This document shows positions 36,109 to 49,215 of a stretch of 64,000 nucleotides of DNA, one piece after another (the stretch's first letter is position 1; every line of letters starts with the position of its first letter). Made by a program: the position numbers and the translations under genes. The notes below the pieces were generated by a model that worked only from the letters and a program-made list of their open reading frames with translations, did no database searches and had not been told where the DNA came from. This stretch comes from Zootoca vivipara. Lineage: Eukaryota. The stretch is taken from NCBI RefSeq assembly GCF_963506605.1, contig NC_083282.1, forward strand, positions 23,498,001-23,562,000. The letters run 5' to 3'.

Positions 36109-36427
36109 GCTCATCTGCATGCATGCTAGCGTGTGTCTGTCTGTGAGCGATGCATCGCCACATCGGAAATGTGCAAAATTCTCCCCAGCTGCTTCATTCA
36201 AGAGGCTACTACCACGGCTATCTAGAGAGGTGCATTTTGGGAGAGAGGTTTAGTGAAGTTCTCCCCGCGACTATTTTGAGCGAATCAGTGCAGCTTTTAG
36301 TGTTGTCAGCAGGAGGGTTGGGTTGGAAAGCTCTGCTTCATCTTGGTTCATGGAAAGGTCAGAGCACAGCCGCAGCTGAAGGAACACGGAGGAACACTTT
36401 TTAAGACCGAGGGGAACCACAAATCTC

Positions 36428-36428
<1 letters not shown>

Positions 36429-36480
<52 letters not shown>
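36429..36480. repeat. (ATT)n microsatellite
   Basis: Direct reading. Confidence 0.97.
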
Positions 36481-36481
<1 letters not shown>

Positions 36482-36577
36482 AATTATAGAAACGATAAAT
36501 TCTAAAACTAACAAAACATAAAAGTTACAACTAAAATAAAGTCCACCAATTATACATATATGCATAAATCTGCAATA

Positions 36578-36816
36578 CAGAAGTACCTTGGTTCTCAAAC
36601 GCCTTGGTACTTGTACATTTTGGCTCCTGAAAGCCGAAAACCCAGAAGTGAGGTTTTCGAATGTTCTTTGGAAGCCGAACATCCAATGCGGCTTCCAAAG
36701 CTTCCGATTGAGTGCAGGAAGCTCCTGCAGCCAATCGGAAGCTGCGCCTTGGTTTCCAAACGGTTCTGGGAGTTGACTCCGGGAGCGGATTAAGTTTGAC
36801 AACCAAGGTACTATCG
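36578..36816. mobile_element. Tc1/mariner (Tigger-like) MITE
   Basis: TA TSD, degenerate TIR, inverted homologue of 28135-28375. Confidence 0.88.
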
Positions 36817-37408
36817 TACTTGCTTAGGTTTATTCTAGCTTTTCTGAGTGGCTTCCAAGCGCTTCACCCAGGAGGACCCGGCCTCCGCCATTTCTGCTGA
36901 CTTTATCTGAACAGTCACATTGGAAGGAAACCCCGTCCCCAATTAACTCCCCCTTTTCTTTACACAACTCTTGTACGTCTCTTTGCACCTATAAACTGCC
37001 CCCCCCATTTGTTGATTCTCACCCTTTTTTCTGTTACCATCCAATTTCTTCTTCGAGCCTACCTTCTTTACAAAAGACGTGAAAAACTGAGATGGGAACT
37101 AGGGAAAGAAAAGTGGGCGGAATCAGAGAACATTTTTTTTTGGGGGGGGGGTCTTGTGCCCAGTGCTATTTTTTTCTAGAAAAATAGGTGTTCTCTTATA
37201 GTGGCAATGGCGCCCACCTGAGAGGTGCTGGAACTGGGTTCCGGTGAATTCTGACTGAAAAAAAAAGCCCATAGTACCTTAATCGAAGGAAAAAGTCAAG
37301 ATAGCATTACTTTCCCCTCTGTTAACAGAGCTGAAAATGACAAAAAATAGCATTGGAATGGCGTTGTGTGTCTGCAAACCTTTTTGAAGTTAAAAAGCAG
37401 TCCTTGTA

Positions 37409-37600
37409 CAGTTGTATCTTGGTTTCTGAACAGGTTTGTTCTCAAACCTTTTGGCTCCCGAACGCCGCAAACCTGGAACTGACTGTTCTGGTTTGTGAAC
37501 TATTTTTGGAAGCATTAGAAGCCACGCTTTGGTTTCCGAATGTTTTGGAAGTCAAAAAGACTTCTGGAATGGATTCCGTTTTACTTCCAAGGTACGACTA
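37409..37600. mobile_element. Tc1/mariner (Tigger-like) MITE, internally deleted
   Basis: TA at both ends, homologous to 36578-36816. Confidence 0.8.
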
Positions 37601-40600
37601 TACTCATAAAGCTTGGGAGCCCCTGACCCTATATGGAGGTCCTGGGATCTCTAACAAAGTTTAGCACTTTCATCAAACTGTGATTACCTGAATTCCTGGG
37701 AGGAGGCAAGGGAGCCAGGAAAAGTTGGTAAAAAAAAAGTTATAAAATTAGAGAGCTGATTCTCCCGAAGATCTATACTTTAAGCATGAGGATTCTCCAT
37801 GTTCTGCCTATACCCAATGGCAGCACTTCCTACTTAGAAATAAGATCACCTATGCTAGACAATCTCATCTTTATAGTAAATGGGACTTTGTCCCCCAAAG
37901 TGCATCTCTCACCTGGCTCAATTTGCCTTCTGAATAATAGGACTGTAAAGGAAAATAGCACCTCGACCGACTCCACCTTATGAGGGAAAACAAAGCCCGT
38001 ATCCCTGTCTCCCACCTAAAAAACTCCCCAAACCTATTGGAGATTGAAAAGGGCAGTCAAGTTAAGAGTTCCAGCAATTAACAAGTTGAAATTTGATGTG
38101 TGTGTGTTAAATGGGTTTATTATTCAGATACAAATACATCCTCTTAAAAGATTACAAGACTAACACTTTTTTTAAAAAAGTAAGCTCAAATGGTTGTAGA
38201 AGACTAAGCACTGAGCCTAAAATAAACTTGTAAAAATCATGCTGCTAAGCTGACAGGAAATGTAAAAATAAAGACCTGGTGAAAAGGAAGGGCTTGGGAG
38301 TTGACAAAAACAACAATACAGTATTATTTTGCTCTTCTATAGATCCTGCCCAGCACACTCAGGCTCAGACACCCTTCTGTGGCTGCCCCTCAAAACACAT
38401 TTGGAAGGAGCAGGATTGTGCTAGCAAAGTAGACTGCCAAGCAGCTGACCTAACTGCAGATATTGTGAAGGCAATACGCTACGTGGAACATAACTGTGGA
38501 AAGGAACGGGCGCTCTCTGGTTTCTGAAGATGCAATCAGGGATTTTGTAATGCAATCTTAAAAGCTGAGGATGGAAACCTCCACAGTACAATACCACCGT
38601 ACAGCAAAACTGATAGGCTGCTTGGTGTTAAAGTACTCCAATAAATAAAATGAGAGAAGAAGAGCCATGGATCTTCTCTGGAACTCCTTGAAAGGAAGGT
38701 GGGATAGAAATCAAACAAGTAAATAAGCAAAATAAACACTTTATTAAGAAGTTCCATATCATAATAACCATAGGATTTTATATTATTTTGTGACTACTGC
38801 AATGACAATTCAGATTATGTTTCTTTGATATACTTTACTAAGGCACTTCTTTCCGGAAAAAAATGTATCAAAGAACTGCACCTTAGATTTGCTTTAGCTT
38901 TTCAGAAACGCTGAATGACACAATTTCCTTAGGAAGGTAATGGCACACGGACACACACAAAATGTTGGTGTTCCATTATAGAGATGAAGGACCTTTTGCC
39001 CTCCAAATGTTGGTGGACTACAACTCCCATAATGCCTGAACAAAGGGCATGATGACTGTGGCTAATGGAAGCTGAAGTCCCATAGGATGTGGACAGCCAC
39101 CCCTCCATTAGGGCAACTTGATGAAAATAGTGAAAGACCTGGAAAGATGATCTGTCTCAGTGTCCAAATCTTAGCGTTGGCCACTTATCTGAAGAAATGA
39201 GAAAGATGAAAAATATTCATCATAAGAGAACTTCAGTTTGGCTTGATGTATTCAACAGTTGTGTTAAATTCAATGGTGAATTACAGATCAGCCTTCGTTC
39301 ATATCACTGTTTCATACAAACTCGACCAATGAGGTTTTATTTTTGTTGTTTTCCCCATTTGGTGTACTTGATTTAATTTGTTTGGCGCTGCCACTTCACA
39401 TCTTGATCCAATTTCAGCATAGAAAAAGAAGCGCACGGCGGTCAACTTATTCTGCAGATAAAAGACACAAGGAAAAGTTCCATCGGTATCATGAAAGCAT
39501 CATTATCAAACCTACTGTATTACAGTTTCATTTTCAGTGATATGCTTAATCCGGTGAATGCCGTCTGATTCGGTGGCATTTGATATGAACTCTAAAATAT
39601 AAAATTCCCTCTTAATCTGTAACGTCCCAAATGTATCAAGCCCTTACTGTGTGAAAAAGTTCATCTATACATGGAAACAGAAAACAGTAAATAAATACTG
39701 AATTATGTTAAATGATGACAGTCTCCAAAGGCGGAGAAAGACGTCTTCTGAGAGGGAGATCTGAACCAGCAAGCCTGTTCCTGGATGCTGAACAAAAGTT
39801 AACAGCTGGTGCTCCTGTGAAGATGGAGCTGTAATGCTGGAGGGGCCAAAAATAGGCCATACTGGGGCAGGGCAGGAGAGGAACATCAAAGGCCTCCCTT
39901 TCCTCCATCATGCCTCTGGAATGAGGGAGAAGTTATACAAATCGTTTGTTTCCCTTCAATTGGAATCTATCAGAGGGAAACTTGTAAACACATATAGGCT
40001 TGTGGTGCTAACCTACTTCCCTCAATGACAGTGGAAAGAGCCGTTTGCAAAAATAAATAAGTGTGTGTGCGCGCACACACAATTTGGGTTTTTTTTGCAA
40101 TCTTGGCTTCCTGTCAAATCAGCTTCTTGTGGCCTGAATATGTACATACTTGGGCCCTATCAATCTTGCTTCATGCATCTTCTGTTTTAAAACCTTTTAT
40201 CACCTCACTCCTGTCCTCTCAATCTCCTCTGGCTTCTCCACATCCTTCCTACAATGTGGTAACATGTAACTGAAAGGAATGCTTTGGCTGGGGCCGAACA
40301 AGCACTGACCAGAGTGATGCTCTGCCTTAAATTCAAGGCTTTTGCTAACTCATTCCAAAGCGGTGTTTATTAAATGTTTTTAGTGATCACACAAGGTTAA
40401 AGAGACAAATGGAACCATCTTGATAAGCAATAATCTTATCTTTCGGTCCCAGTCATTTCGGCGTCAATGCCTCCTCTCCCACCCCTCCAATGCAAGCGGC
40501 ATGCTTATATTTTTAATGACACTGGGTGGAATCCAACAGAGATCTTTGTGGAAGGGTTTTGGATCCAGCAAATGCTTACAGAAGAGCATGGGGAGGGGGT

Positions 40601-40807
40601 GGTTTTTTTTTGTGCCAATTTGCTCTTCCTACTACAAGCCTGCATACAACCTTTTACCCTGTTCTGGATGTTTCCTCAACTCCATGGAGCAAAAATCACC
40701 TCCATCCCTCCATTATCCCCTTCTGTCATCCCATGGAACCAGCTGGATTCCACTCATAGACAAGATGAAGTTGTGGCAGATGGGGCACGATTGAAAGAAG
40801 AGCTTAC

Positions 40808-40957
40808 CAGTATGGAAGACTATCGCTTCTGAATATTCTTGTTAAACTTTCAAAATCTTCATTTTTGAAGTGTAATTCTTCAAGCAAAGTAGCCAGGAAC
40901 TGCGAATATCCTTGGCTGTGCTGGGAACTTGCAAAGATGGGAATATTTTGCGACAAC
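40808..40957 (-). CDS. Candidate internal coding exon of an unidentified host gene
   Basis: Acceptor TTGTGTTTCAG, donor TG|GTAAGC, 150 nt, phase 2-2, only one frame open: [49 protein letters not shown](W); no repeat similarity seen. Confidence 0.6.
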
Positions 40958-41052
40958 CTGAAACACAATGTTGAATGTTTAAAAATATACATATTTACAG
41001 TTCCGGATAGGGTGAGAGAGAGGGGGGGGAGAAAACAGTCCCTTTCATATAA

Positions 41053-41193
41053 AACCAGAGCAGTGCACAGAAATGCCATTTACCTTCCCACTGGAGCGGT
41101 GCCTATTTATCTATTTATCTATGGGAGCTCACCCCGTTGCGGGGATTTGAACCGCTGACCTTCTGATCGGCAAGCCCAAGAGGCTCAGTGGTT
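41053..41193 (-). mobile_element. Sauria SINE fragment with internal deletion
   Basis: Colinear with the other copies. Confidence 0.85.
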
Positions 41194-42104
41194 TTTTGAT
41201 ATGATATTTGACACCAAGGTCCCAATACAAAAGAGTCATGCAACCTTATGCGCTTAGGAAGTCATGGGCAATAATTGTGCACAGTGGACCCAGATAACAC
41301 ATAAGGATATGCATCTTTGCATCTGTCTTCACCGCAGAAGACATAGGGCTGATACTTGTGCCTGAACTGATTCTTCCAGGAAGGGAGCCTGATGAATGGC
41401 AAATATTTGTGGCAAGTTTGAGGTCTTATTGACCGGCAAGGGTCTAGATAGTATCTGTTGAAGAGTTCTTAGAACTCAAATGTGAAATTGCTGAAGTTCC
41501 ATCAAAAATATACAACTTGTCACTAAAATCGGCCTCTGTATCACAGGATTTGAAAGTGGTAACTGTAACAAAGAAGGGATTGGGTGGTGGTCAGAAATTA
41601 TAGGCCAAGTTTGTTTAATACCTAATCCAGGTAAATTGGTGGGAAGCATGAGTAAAGATAAGATGATCAAGCATAGAGGAGAACAAGTGCCTCTGAAGAC
41701 TTCCCAGCATGGCTTCTGCAAAGAAATCATGTCTCAGTAATGTTATTCTTAGGAGTTCTTTGAGAGTTCTACAAGCATGTGGATAATACAATAGCAGCCC
41801 ATTGGGCTGCAGTGCTCACCTGACCTCTGGCTGCACACATTACTGTGGCTTACCAAGAGGGGGATGAAGCAGGGAGAGCGCGATGTGCTGTAAACACCAC
41901 AGCAGGGTCAATCCAGCGCTCCCAGCAGACCACTTGCACCATTCAGCCATTCCCCTACCCTTCCCTTCCCTGTCTACCTCCTGGTCAGCAGCTGCAACCT
42001 TGGTAATGCTGAGTGCCCTCACCACATCAACTCACTTCTGCTCCTATCCATATGCTTTTCCAGTTCTCAAAGAACTCCTAATAATTGAGATTCTCCCTTA
42101 TAAC

Positions 42105-42502
42105 AGAGGGTTGAAGGAGCTGGGTATGTTTAGTCTGAAAAAGAGGAGACTGTGGGGAGATATGATAACCATCTTCAAATACCTAAAGGACTCTCACATG
42201 GAAGTTGGAGCAAGCTTGTTTTCTCCTGCACCAGAAGGCAGGACCCAAACCAATGGCTTCATGTTACAAGAAAGGAGATTCCGACTCAATATCAGGATGA
42301 ACTTTCTGATGATAAGAGCTGTTTGACAGTGGAATGGACACCCTTGGAAGGTGATGGACTCTCCTTCATGGGGGGTTTTAAAGCAGAGGTTGGATGGCCA
42401 TCTGTCATGGATGCTTTAGTTGAGATTCCTGCATAACAGGGTTGAACTAGATGAAGCTCATGATCCCTTCCAACTCTTCAATTCTATGATTCTGTGATTC
42501 TA
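42105..42502 (+). mobile_element. CR1 LINE 3' fragment
   Basis: LKELGMFSLKKRRLWGDMITIFKYLK...; ATTCTATG/ATTCTGTG tail. Confidence 0.95.
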
Positions 42503-43399
42503 TAAGCTGTGTATGTGTTTGTTTTTTTGATAAATATACTAAACTTGCTTTGTTATGTTTCATGATTTCTATAAAACGCCAGGAAACTTCCCCACAGAGG
42601 ACTTTCAGATGCTTATTTAATTTAACTTCACTGCCCGCGGGCACATAAAATATGGATAAAATAACTCTCGGAAATGGCAGATCAATGGGGAGAGAGCGAG
42701 AGGCAATCAGAGCAGTGCATTTTCTTAGCTGTGCCTCCGTTCCTTGAAGCACCCCAAATCAGGCTTTGAAAGAGCCTTAGCAAGAAGCAACGGTCAGACC
42801 AACAGATAAGCAGCTCCAGATGAAGCTAAGAATGACGAGAAGAAAATCTTGTTACTATTTTAAAAGACCCACCACTGATTTCCTCCCTTAACAGCACTGT
42901 ACGTGTGTGTGGCTTTTTTTTTTTTTTAAAGGTGTTGAACTCAGGAGGTGAAATGTCAGTCCGTATGAAGAAAAACCTGTCTGTCACATGTGAACCAAGA
43001 ACGGTAAAGCTGCCAGCAGGTTAAGGGTTTTCATCATCACATATGCACCTCAATTCTAAAGTTAAAAAAATCCCAACACAACAGCAATTGGAATAACAGC
43101 AACCCGAATGATCAGAGGCATCTGCAATGCTTTGTCCCATGAAGCCACTTTCGCAGACCCTGAAGTTTCAGAGCAGCCCTCCAAAACTTTCCCCCCTCCC
43201 TGACCAGTAGCTTTTTGATTCAGGCACCTCCCTTTCAGCAGCAAGTTTTGCCCATGTTGGCAGAGACCACGACACCAAAGGGAAGTGGTTTTCAAACTGT
43301 GTTTCAGGGAACTTGGGGGGTTCTTCAGAAGCTTGTCAGGAATTTCTCAACTGGGAGATCAGCAATGGATAAGCTTACATGGAAGAACCAGGCTGGCGT

Positions 43400-43580
43400 G
43401 GAGCTTAAGAATGTTGGACTGAGTGGGTGGGACCCAAGTTGAAATCCACAAAGCTTACTGGGTGACCTTGGTCCACTCAAAAGCAGCCACACCTACCTCA
43501 CAAGGTGGTTGTGAGGATAATATGGGGGTGGGAAGAAAACCATGTACAATGGCTTAAGCTCCTTGAATGAAAGGTAGGAA
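43400..43580 (+). mobile_element. MIR/CORE-like SINE, degenerate
   Basis: CTTACTGGGTGACCTTGG...CCTACCTCACAAGGTGGTTGTGAGGATAA core; similar pieces at 57300-57400 and 57630-57700. Confidence 0.65.
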
Positions 43581-44560
43581 ATCAGGGAACCTTTTTTCAG
43601 ACTGAGGGCCACATTCCTTACTGGTTAACCTTCTGGGGGCCACGTGAAAGTGACAGGCAGGGCCAGAGGCAAAAGCAGATGGTGCAGTGGGTGTAAATGT
43701 TACCTTTGCCTGCTAGGCTACTTTCTAGACACACTAGTGCACCTCTCTCTATCTGTCATGGACTGGCTGGATGCAGAGGAGTGGTGGGAGGCACCAGCTG
43801 GGGAACCCCCCAGGGGACCCCCAAGGGGAGAAGACTCAGAGCCAGGGGATTGCTGGCGGGACGACGATGAGTGGTCAGAAGTAGAAGAGGGAGCAGACTG
43901 GGAGGAGGATGGGGTGTCGGAAGCTGAAGAGGCAACAGGGTTTAGTGAGCAGGAAGAGGCTGTGGCAGAGAGCAGTCCAGAATCAGTGGCAGAGGCGGAG
44001 AAAAGGGGGGCCAAGAGGTAGCAATGAATCAGGCTGGTGAGGAAGCCAGCCTCCTGCTGCGATAAGCTCTCCTTCCCCTGGTCCCCCAGAACCTGAAGAG
44101 GTATGAAGAGGGCAAAGACAGGCAAGACAGAAGAGCCTCAGATTGCTTGGGAAGGAACCAGCGGGGGGAGGAGCCTTAGGGAGCTGTGGGAAGCCTTTAG
44201 TCCTCGCAACTGCCTCATGGGGCAAGTCGTACTGGGAAGAGTTGCTGTGCTCCCTAGACCTGGCCTCCTGAGCTGCCTGGTTTCTTTGAATAAAGAGTTC
44301 CCTAAAGCTGTGTGAGTTATTGCTGATCTGCTCTGGACACCTGCCCTGACACTGTTCTCCATCCAGGCAAGTAAGAAGCCATGTAAAAATTCAAGGACAC
44401 ATTCCGGCAAAAAAATTGGGGTGTGAAGTTGAGTCAGTGAGGAATGTGGCCTGGCCAGAACGGTTGTGGCCGAGGAGGCGGGGTGGACCAGGGAAAGTCC
44501 TGAGAACTATACAGAGAGGCCAGCTTTGGCCCCTGGACCTGAGGCGGCCCCCTCTACTGA
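43581..44560. mobile_element. Old non-autonomous hAT (Charlie-like) element split by a solo LTR
   Basis: GGGAACCTTTTT...GAGGGCCACATT left end, TTTGGCCCC right end; related inverted piece at about 30480-30720. Confidence 0.5.
43754..44351 (+). mobile_element. Solo LTR (probably Gypsy-type)
   Basis: Termini TGTCATGG...CCCTGACA, AATAAA at 44289-44294, degenerate 5-bp TSD CTATC/CTGTT, no internal domain. Confidence 0.8.
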
Positions 44561-45749
44561 ATCCCCACTGTAATGTGCAGTCACAGAGGATTCATGGGAA
44601 CGTCCTAGGGCACACTTTCCGTTCACGTGAGGCCAAGGGGCAGCTCATAATCAAGAACTGAGTGGGCATCCTAAATGGCTCTCTAGAATCCTCACAACAT
44701 GCCAATGCTACAGTTTTTCCCCTGGCGCTGCCATAGGGCAGTGGGGCAGAAACCTAACTGAGCTAGCATTTTGCAACCTTGGCTTTAAGAAATGTCTCTC
44801 CCTGTCCCTTTGCAATCATCTAACTCCCCCACCCCACCCCACTCCACAATTACTTCCAAGTAGTAAGGCAATAATTCAAGGTTTGCCTATAGGCGGCCAC
44901 CTATGCAGAGAAACCAAGTGCTGGGTTTGCACTAAAGAACAAAGAATGTACCATGCATCAGATCACAGACGAGAAAGCAGTGCAGCCTTGATACCCTTCC
45001 ATCCAGCATATGGCAAACAGGCCTTGGCAAAGCTAAGAAAAAGCTAGAGTGTCAAGAGTACATCCGAACGACAGACCCCTATTAAGCTGCCTACTCCACA
45101 GATGCTACACAAGAAAAAGCTGAGTGAAATCTCATGTTAAGACAAGCAGCAGCACCGGGCTACTATTAAGCAAGCTATTAAGCGACAGCTGGTTAACATG
45201 AACAGCATTTGCAATTCTCCCTCTTCCCTAACAAAACGAAGAAATGATAAATCCCTAGCTTTTTATAAAATACTTTCCCTGTAAGCAGAATCTGCCAGTG
45301 CGGTAATAATATGCACTCAAGTACTCTAGTATTAGAATATTTTAATTCTCTCCCCCCCCCCTTTTAAAAAAACCCTGAAAGTAAATCTTGTAGACCTTTT
45401 GCAGCGAAGGCTATTTTCACTAACACTGATGTACCGGACTACATCCGTGCAGAACACATTGCTCAGTCCAACCCACAGATTATATTGCAATACTGGATTT
45501 GTCCTGATTTAGTAAATGCAACTAATATGGGTACAGTGAAGTGTGCCCCGTTGATCAGCAAAGGACGTCCCAGGTAAATGTGTATAGGACTGTAGCCTTC
45601 CCCAAGACAGGACTAGAGTGACAGTAGCATAGGATAAAAATCACAACACATTGCCCCTTGTCCACTCTCGCAGTGCTGCCAGAAGCCAAGCCACAGTTCA
45701 ACTTAATGTTACACTAAGTGAGAGTTCAGTAGGACCTACTCCTAGGTAA

Positions 45750-45894
45750 GATAGCTCAGATGGTTAGAGCATGGCGCTGGTAATGCCAAGGTTGCAGGTT
45801 TGATCCTCATATGGGACAGCTGCATATTCCTGCATTGCAGGCGGTTGGACTAGATGTCTGTAGGGTCCCTTACAACTCTACAATTCTATTATTC
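45750..45894 (+). mobile_element. tRNA-derived SINE with CR1 tail (Squam2-like)
   Basis: TAGCTCAGATGGTTAGAGC A-box, GGTTTGATCC B-box, then the CR1 3' end. Confidence 0.85.
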
Positions 45895-45907
45895 AAAGTA
45901 CGAGAAA

Positions 45908-46400
45908 GATCCAGAATGCGGCAGCTAGACTTGTGAGTGCGAGTGGCCGCCGGGTCCATATAACACCGGCCATAAAGGATTTTCATTGGCTCCCAGGATG
46001 TTTCTGAGCACAATTCAAAGTGCTGGTGTTGACCTTGAAAGCCCTAAACAGTCTCGGCCCAGTATACCTGAAGGAACATCTCCACCCCCATCACTCAGCC
46101 CAAACACTGAGGTCCAGCACCGAGGGCCTTCTGGTGGTTCCCTCACTGTGAGAAGTGAAGTTGCAGGGAACCAGGCAGAGGGCCTTCTGGGTAGTAGTGC
46201 CCTCCCTGTGGAACACCCTCCCATCAGATGTCAAGGAGATAAAGAACAACACAATTTTTAGAAGATATCTGAAGGCAGCTCTGTATTGGGAAGTTTTTGA
46301 CGTTTGATGTTTGATGATGTTTTTATATTCTGCTGGGAGCCACCCAGAGTGGCTGGGGAAGCCTAGCCAGATGGGCGGGGTACTACTACTACTACTACTA
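45908..46400 (+). mobile_element. L2 LINE 3' fragment with (ACT)n tail
   Basis: Homologous to 3133-3501 and 61621-62363. Confidence 0.93.
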
Positions 46401-47904
46401 ATATCATCATCACTGCTGCCATGTAGCACAATCTTATATCAGTTTATTCAGGTGCAAGTCCAAGTAAGTTCAAGAAGATACAGGTGCAGGTATTAACTGC
46501 AAGCAGGAGTGTCTTGTCCAGCGGGGTGGAAATGCTAGGTGAACTTCCTGGCAAGTGGGTCACTGTTCCTCGGAGGTGGCAGGGAGGCCCTTGCAGTGCA
46601 AATGCGCCAGCCAAGTCTATCCTGCGCAACGTACTGACCTTCCCACCTGCCTCGCCAGCTCCCTCCCAGTAAACCACCTGCTGGGAAGCTAGTGTACAGC
46701 TTTGCCCCATCCAATGAGTTGTTGCAGACAGCTCTAGCAGCCCTACAATGCCAAGCTAGTTAGAAAATATCATGACTTTGTTTTTTCAAAGCTAAATATT
46801 TAATGGAATGTGATTATACAGAAAACATCTCCCCGAGCACAAGCCACGTATCAGTGCGCACTTACAATAAAATAATTCAGTGCAGCCCTTAACAGATACA
46901 CAGACAAAAACAACAGCCCAACAGTCCATGTTCTGCTGCCTCGAGAGCTTCAATAAATCATTTGCCCAACAACAGTTAAGCAATATGATGGGGGAAGATT
47001 TCTTAAGAACTGCTTACTTAAAATGCACATTCTGCATCTGAAATCTGACATCGTGACATTCATTAGAAGCGTCCCAAGGAGCAGAGTGAAACATAATCCC
47101 CAAATGACCCATTGCGCCTTGACTTAATCATGTTAAAAGGTTGTCATGAAAAAGATCCTGTGTCTTGTTTAATGTTTAAAAGTTCTGCTTTTTCCATGGC
47201 ACCCCTGAGCCATAGGTGGAGGAAAGGCTGGATGTTCAGATAAAAGTCATCTAGGCTGCTCCCAGCACCATTCCTGAGATCTTCCATGAGTGACAGTCTC
47301 AGAATGCCACTACTGTATTATATCAATGATATAGACCTGCTTGGAATAGTGTGTACTGCTTTGGGGGCAATAACCCCTGGAAAAAGGATATTTTACAGAA
47401 CCAGGAAAATGGCAACTAAAATGACTGAGGGGTTGAAATGCTTTCACAATACGGAATGGCAGAAGTGCTTGGGCTTTTGGAGCCAAAATTGAGTGTGATT
47501 CTAACCAAGTCCACTCTAAAGTAAGTCTTACTGATTTCAAGGCGGTATACTCCCAAGTAAGTGGGATTAGAAGTGAAGCCTAAATCTGAAATCTGGTAGC
47601 TTTTATCCAAAGTAGCACCAAGACTCTTGTTCAGTTAACCAAAGATTTACCCTTGCGCAGCTGAACTTAGCAGAGTGATGGGAATAAGCAGAGATAGAGT
47701 CCAGAGAGAGAGAAGAAACTAAGAATACTTTTCAGAGGTAGAAGAGATCAGAAATGCATTTGTGGAGGAGGGGAAATAAAACAGAGAGGTTCTTCCTCCA
47801 AAATAATCTTTGAAAAGTGTGGTGGTGCGAGGCTCACCCACTCTTAACAAGGCTTTTGGCAGCATTCTCGGACTTCTACAGTGCAGGTAAGTTGATGCTC
47901 CAAC

Positions 47905-48125
47905 CATCCGGATCTGTGTAGGGTTTTCTCCCGAAGATATCCCACAAGGCAGTGGAAGTTTGGGATCAGAGTTTTCTTTCTCCCAAATGGGCTCCCTTCC
48001 CATGTTGACAGGCCCCACCTGCCCCTCACTTCCCCCTACAGCACGTGCAGAAAACGCCTTCTTGACCATTGGACTTTTGGTCTCATCTGCTCAATCTGCC
48101 GGAGCCTGTCTTTGCATGTGGGGAA
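47905..48125 (-). mobile_element. RTE 5' UTR-like fragment
   Basis: Homologous to 22780-23030. Confidence 0.55.
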
Positions 48126-48289
48126 AGGTTTGAGACCCATTGGTTAAAGACATCACTTGTATGGAAGAGACATCATCCCCCCCCACCCCACATTTATAAA
48201 GTGCCCTCCATTTAGGGAATACCCAAGCAGTGTTCCGAAATAGAATATAAAACCTAATACAGATAAAAAGTCAGCATTAAAACTTGAAA

Positions 48290-48750
48290 ATAACCTTTAT
48301 TAAAAATCCCCAAAGTTTTTAAATTGGGAATTGTAAGTACTGATATCCCAAAAGAGCAGAAAATACTTTTTATGTATGCGACAACAGCCGCACGGATGCT
48401 ACTAGCCCAGAGATGAAAAGAAGACAAAGTCCCTACCAGAGAAGAATGGCAAACCAAGCTGTTGGAAGATGCCGAAATGGCAAAACTGACCAGAAAGCTC
48501 AGGAACCGAGAAGACCAACATTTCAATAAAGAATGGGGGGGGGGGTTATAATTTATCTAGGAGACCATTGTAAGCAGATGAAAACATTAGCAGGATTCTA
48601 ATAACACTTGCAATGTAGCAAATATCATGGACAATATGGAGAGGACCCATGGAGGGGGGGGGGGAGTCTGGAGATTCAGAGAAATCTCTAAATATGCATT
48701 TTGTATTGTTATAATTCTACACTTGTAAAATCAAATGATTTCAAAAACAA
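48290..48750 (+). mobile_element. L1-clade 3' end
   Basis: ...LFMYATTAARMLLAQR*KEDKVPTREEWQTKL...NKEW, typical lizard L1 ORF2 end, then UTR and A-rich tail. Confidence 0.85.
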
Positions 48751-48984
48751 AAAACCAAACCAACTTGAAAGCCAGCAAGTGTTTAAAACCACAGAAACAA
48801 AATTGACTGATTCGAGAAAGCGTGGGAGAAAAGAAAGGTCTTCAACAAACGTCAAAAATAGCAGAATGCCGGACGTTGCTTCACTTTTGAGGCAAGAGAA
48901 TTCCAGAGAACTGGTGCTAAAACACTTAAAAGACTCTCACCGCAGAGACATGTGGCAGCATTAGCAGGTCTTCATCCACACACA

Positions 48985-49215
48985 CCTCTGAGTGTCCAGG
49001 GTGGGACATAAGGGGAGAAGCAGCTTCTCAGGTCCTGTCCAGATGCATATAGGGCTTTATAATCCAGTAGGAAAACCATGAATCTAGCTCGGTAGCAAAT
49101 TGGCAACCAGCGTAGCACTTTCAACGAAGGTGTTGCATGTTGTTGATAGACTGCCCCGTAGGTTGCCCCAGTGAGAATTTGTCCCAGAGGCTGGCACTGG
49201 CAATCCGAATACACG
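48985..49215 (-). mobile_element. Old L2 fragment
   Basis: HATPSLKVLRWLPICYRARFMVFLLDYKALY motif. Confidence 0.75.

Noticed and set aside
47905-48140. HDV-like ribozyme in the RTE 5' region
   Set aside because: Only one short pairing (GGTCTC/GAGACC) is visible; the nested pseudoknot could not be built by eye.
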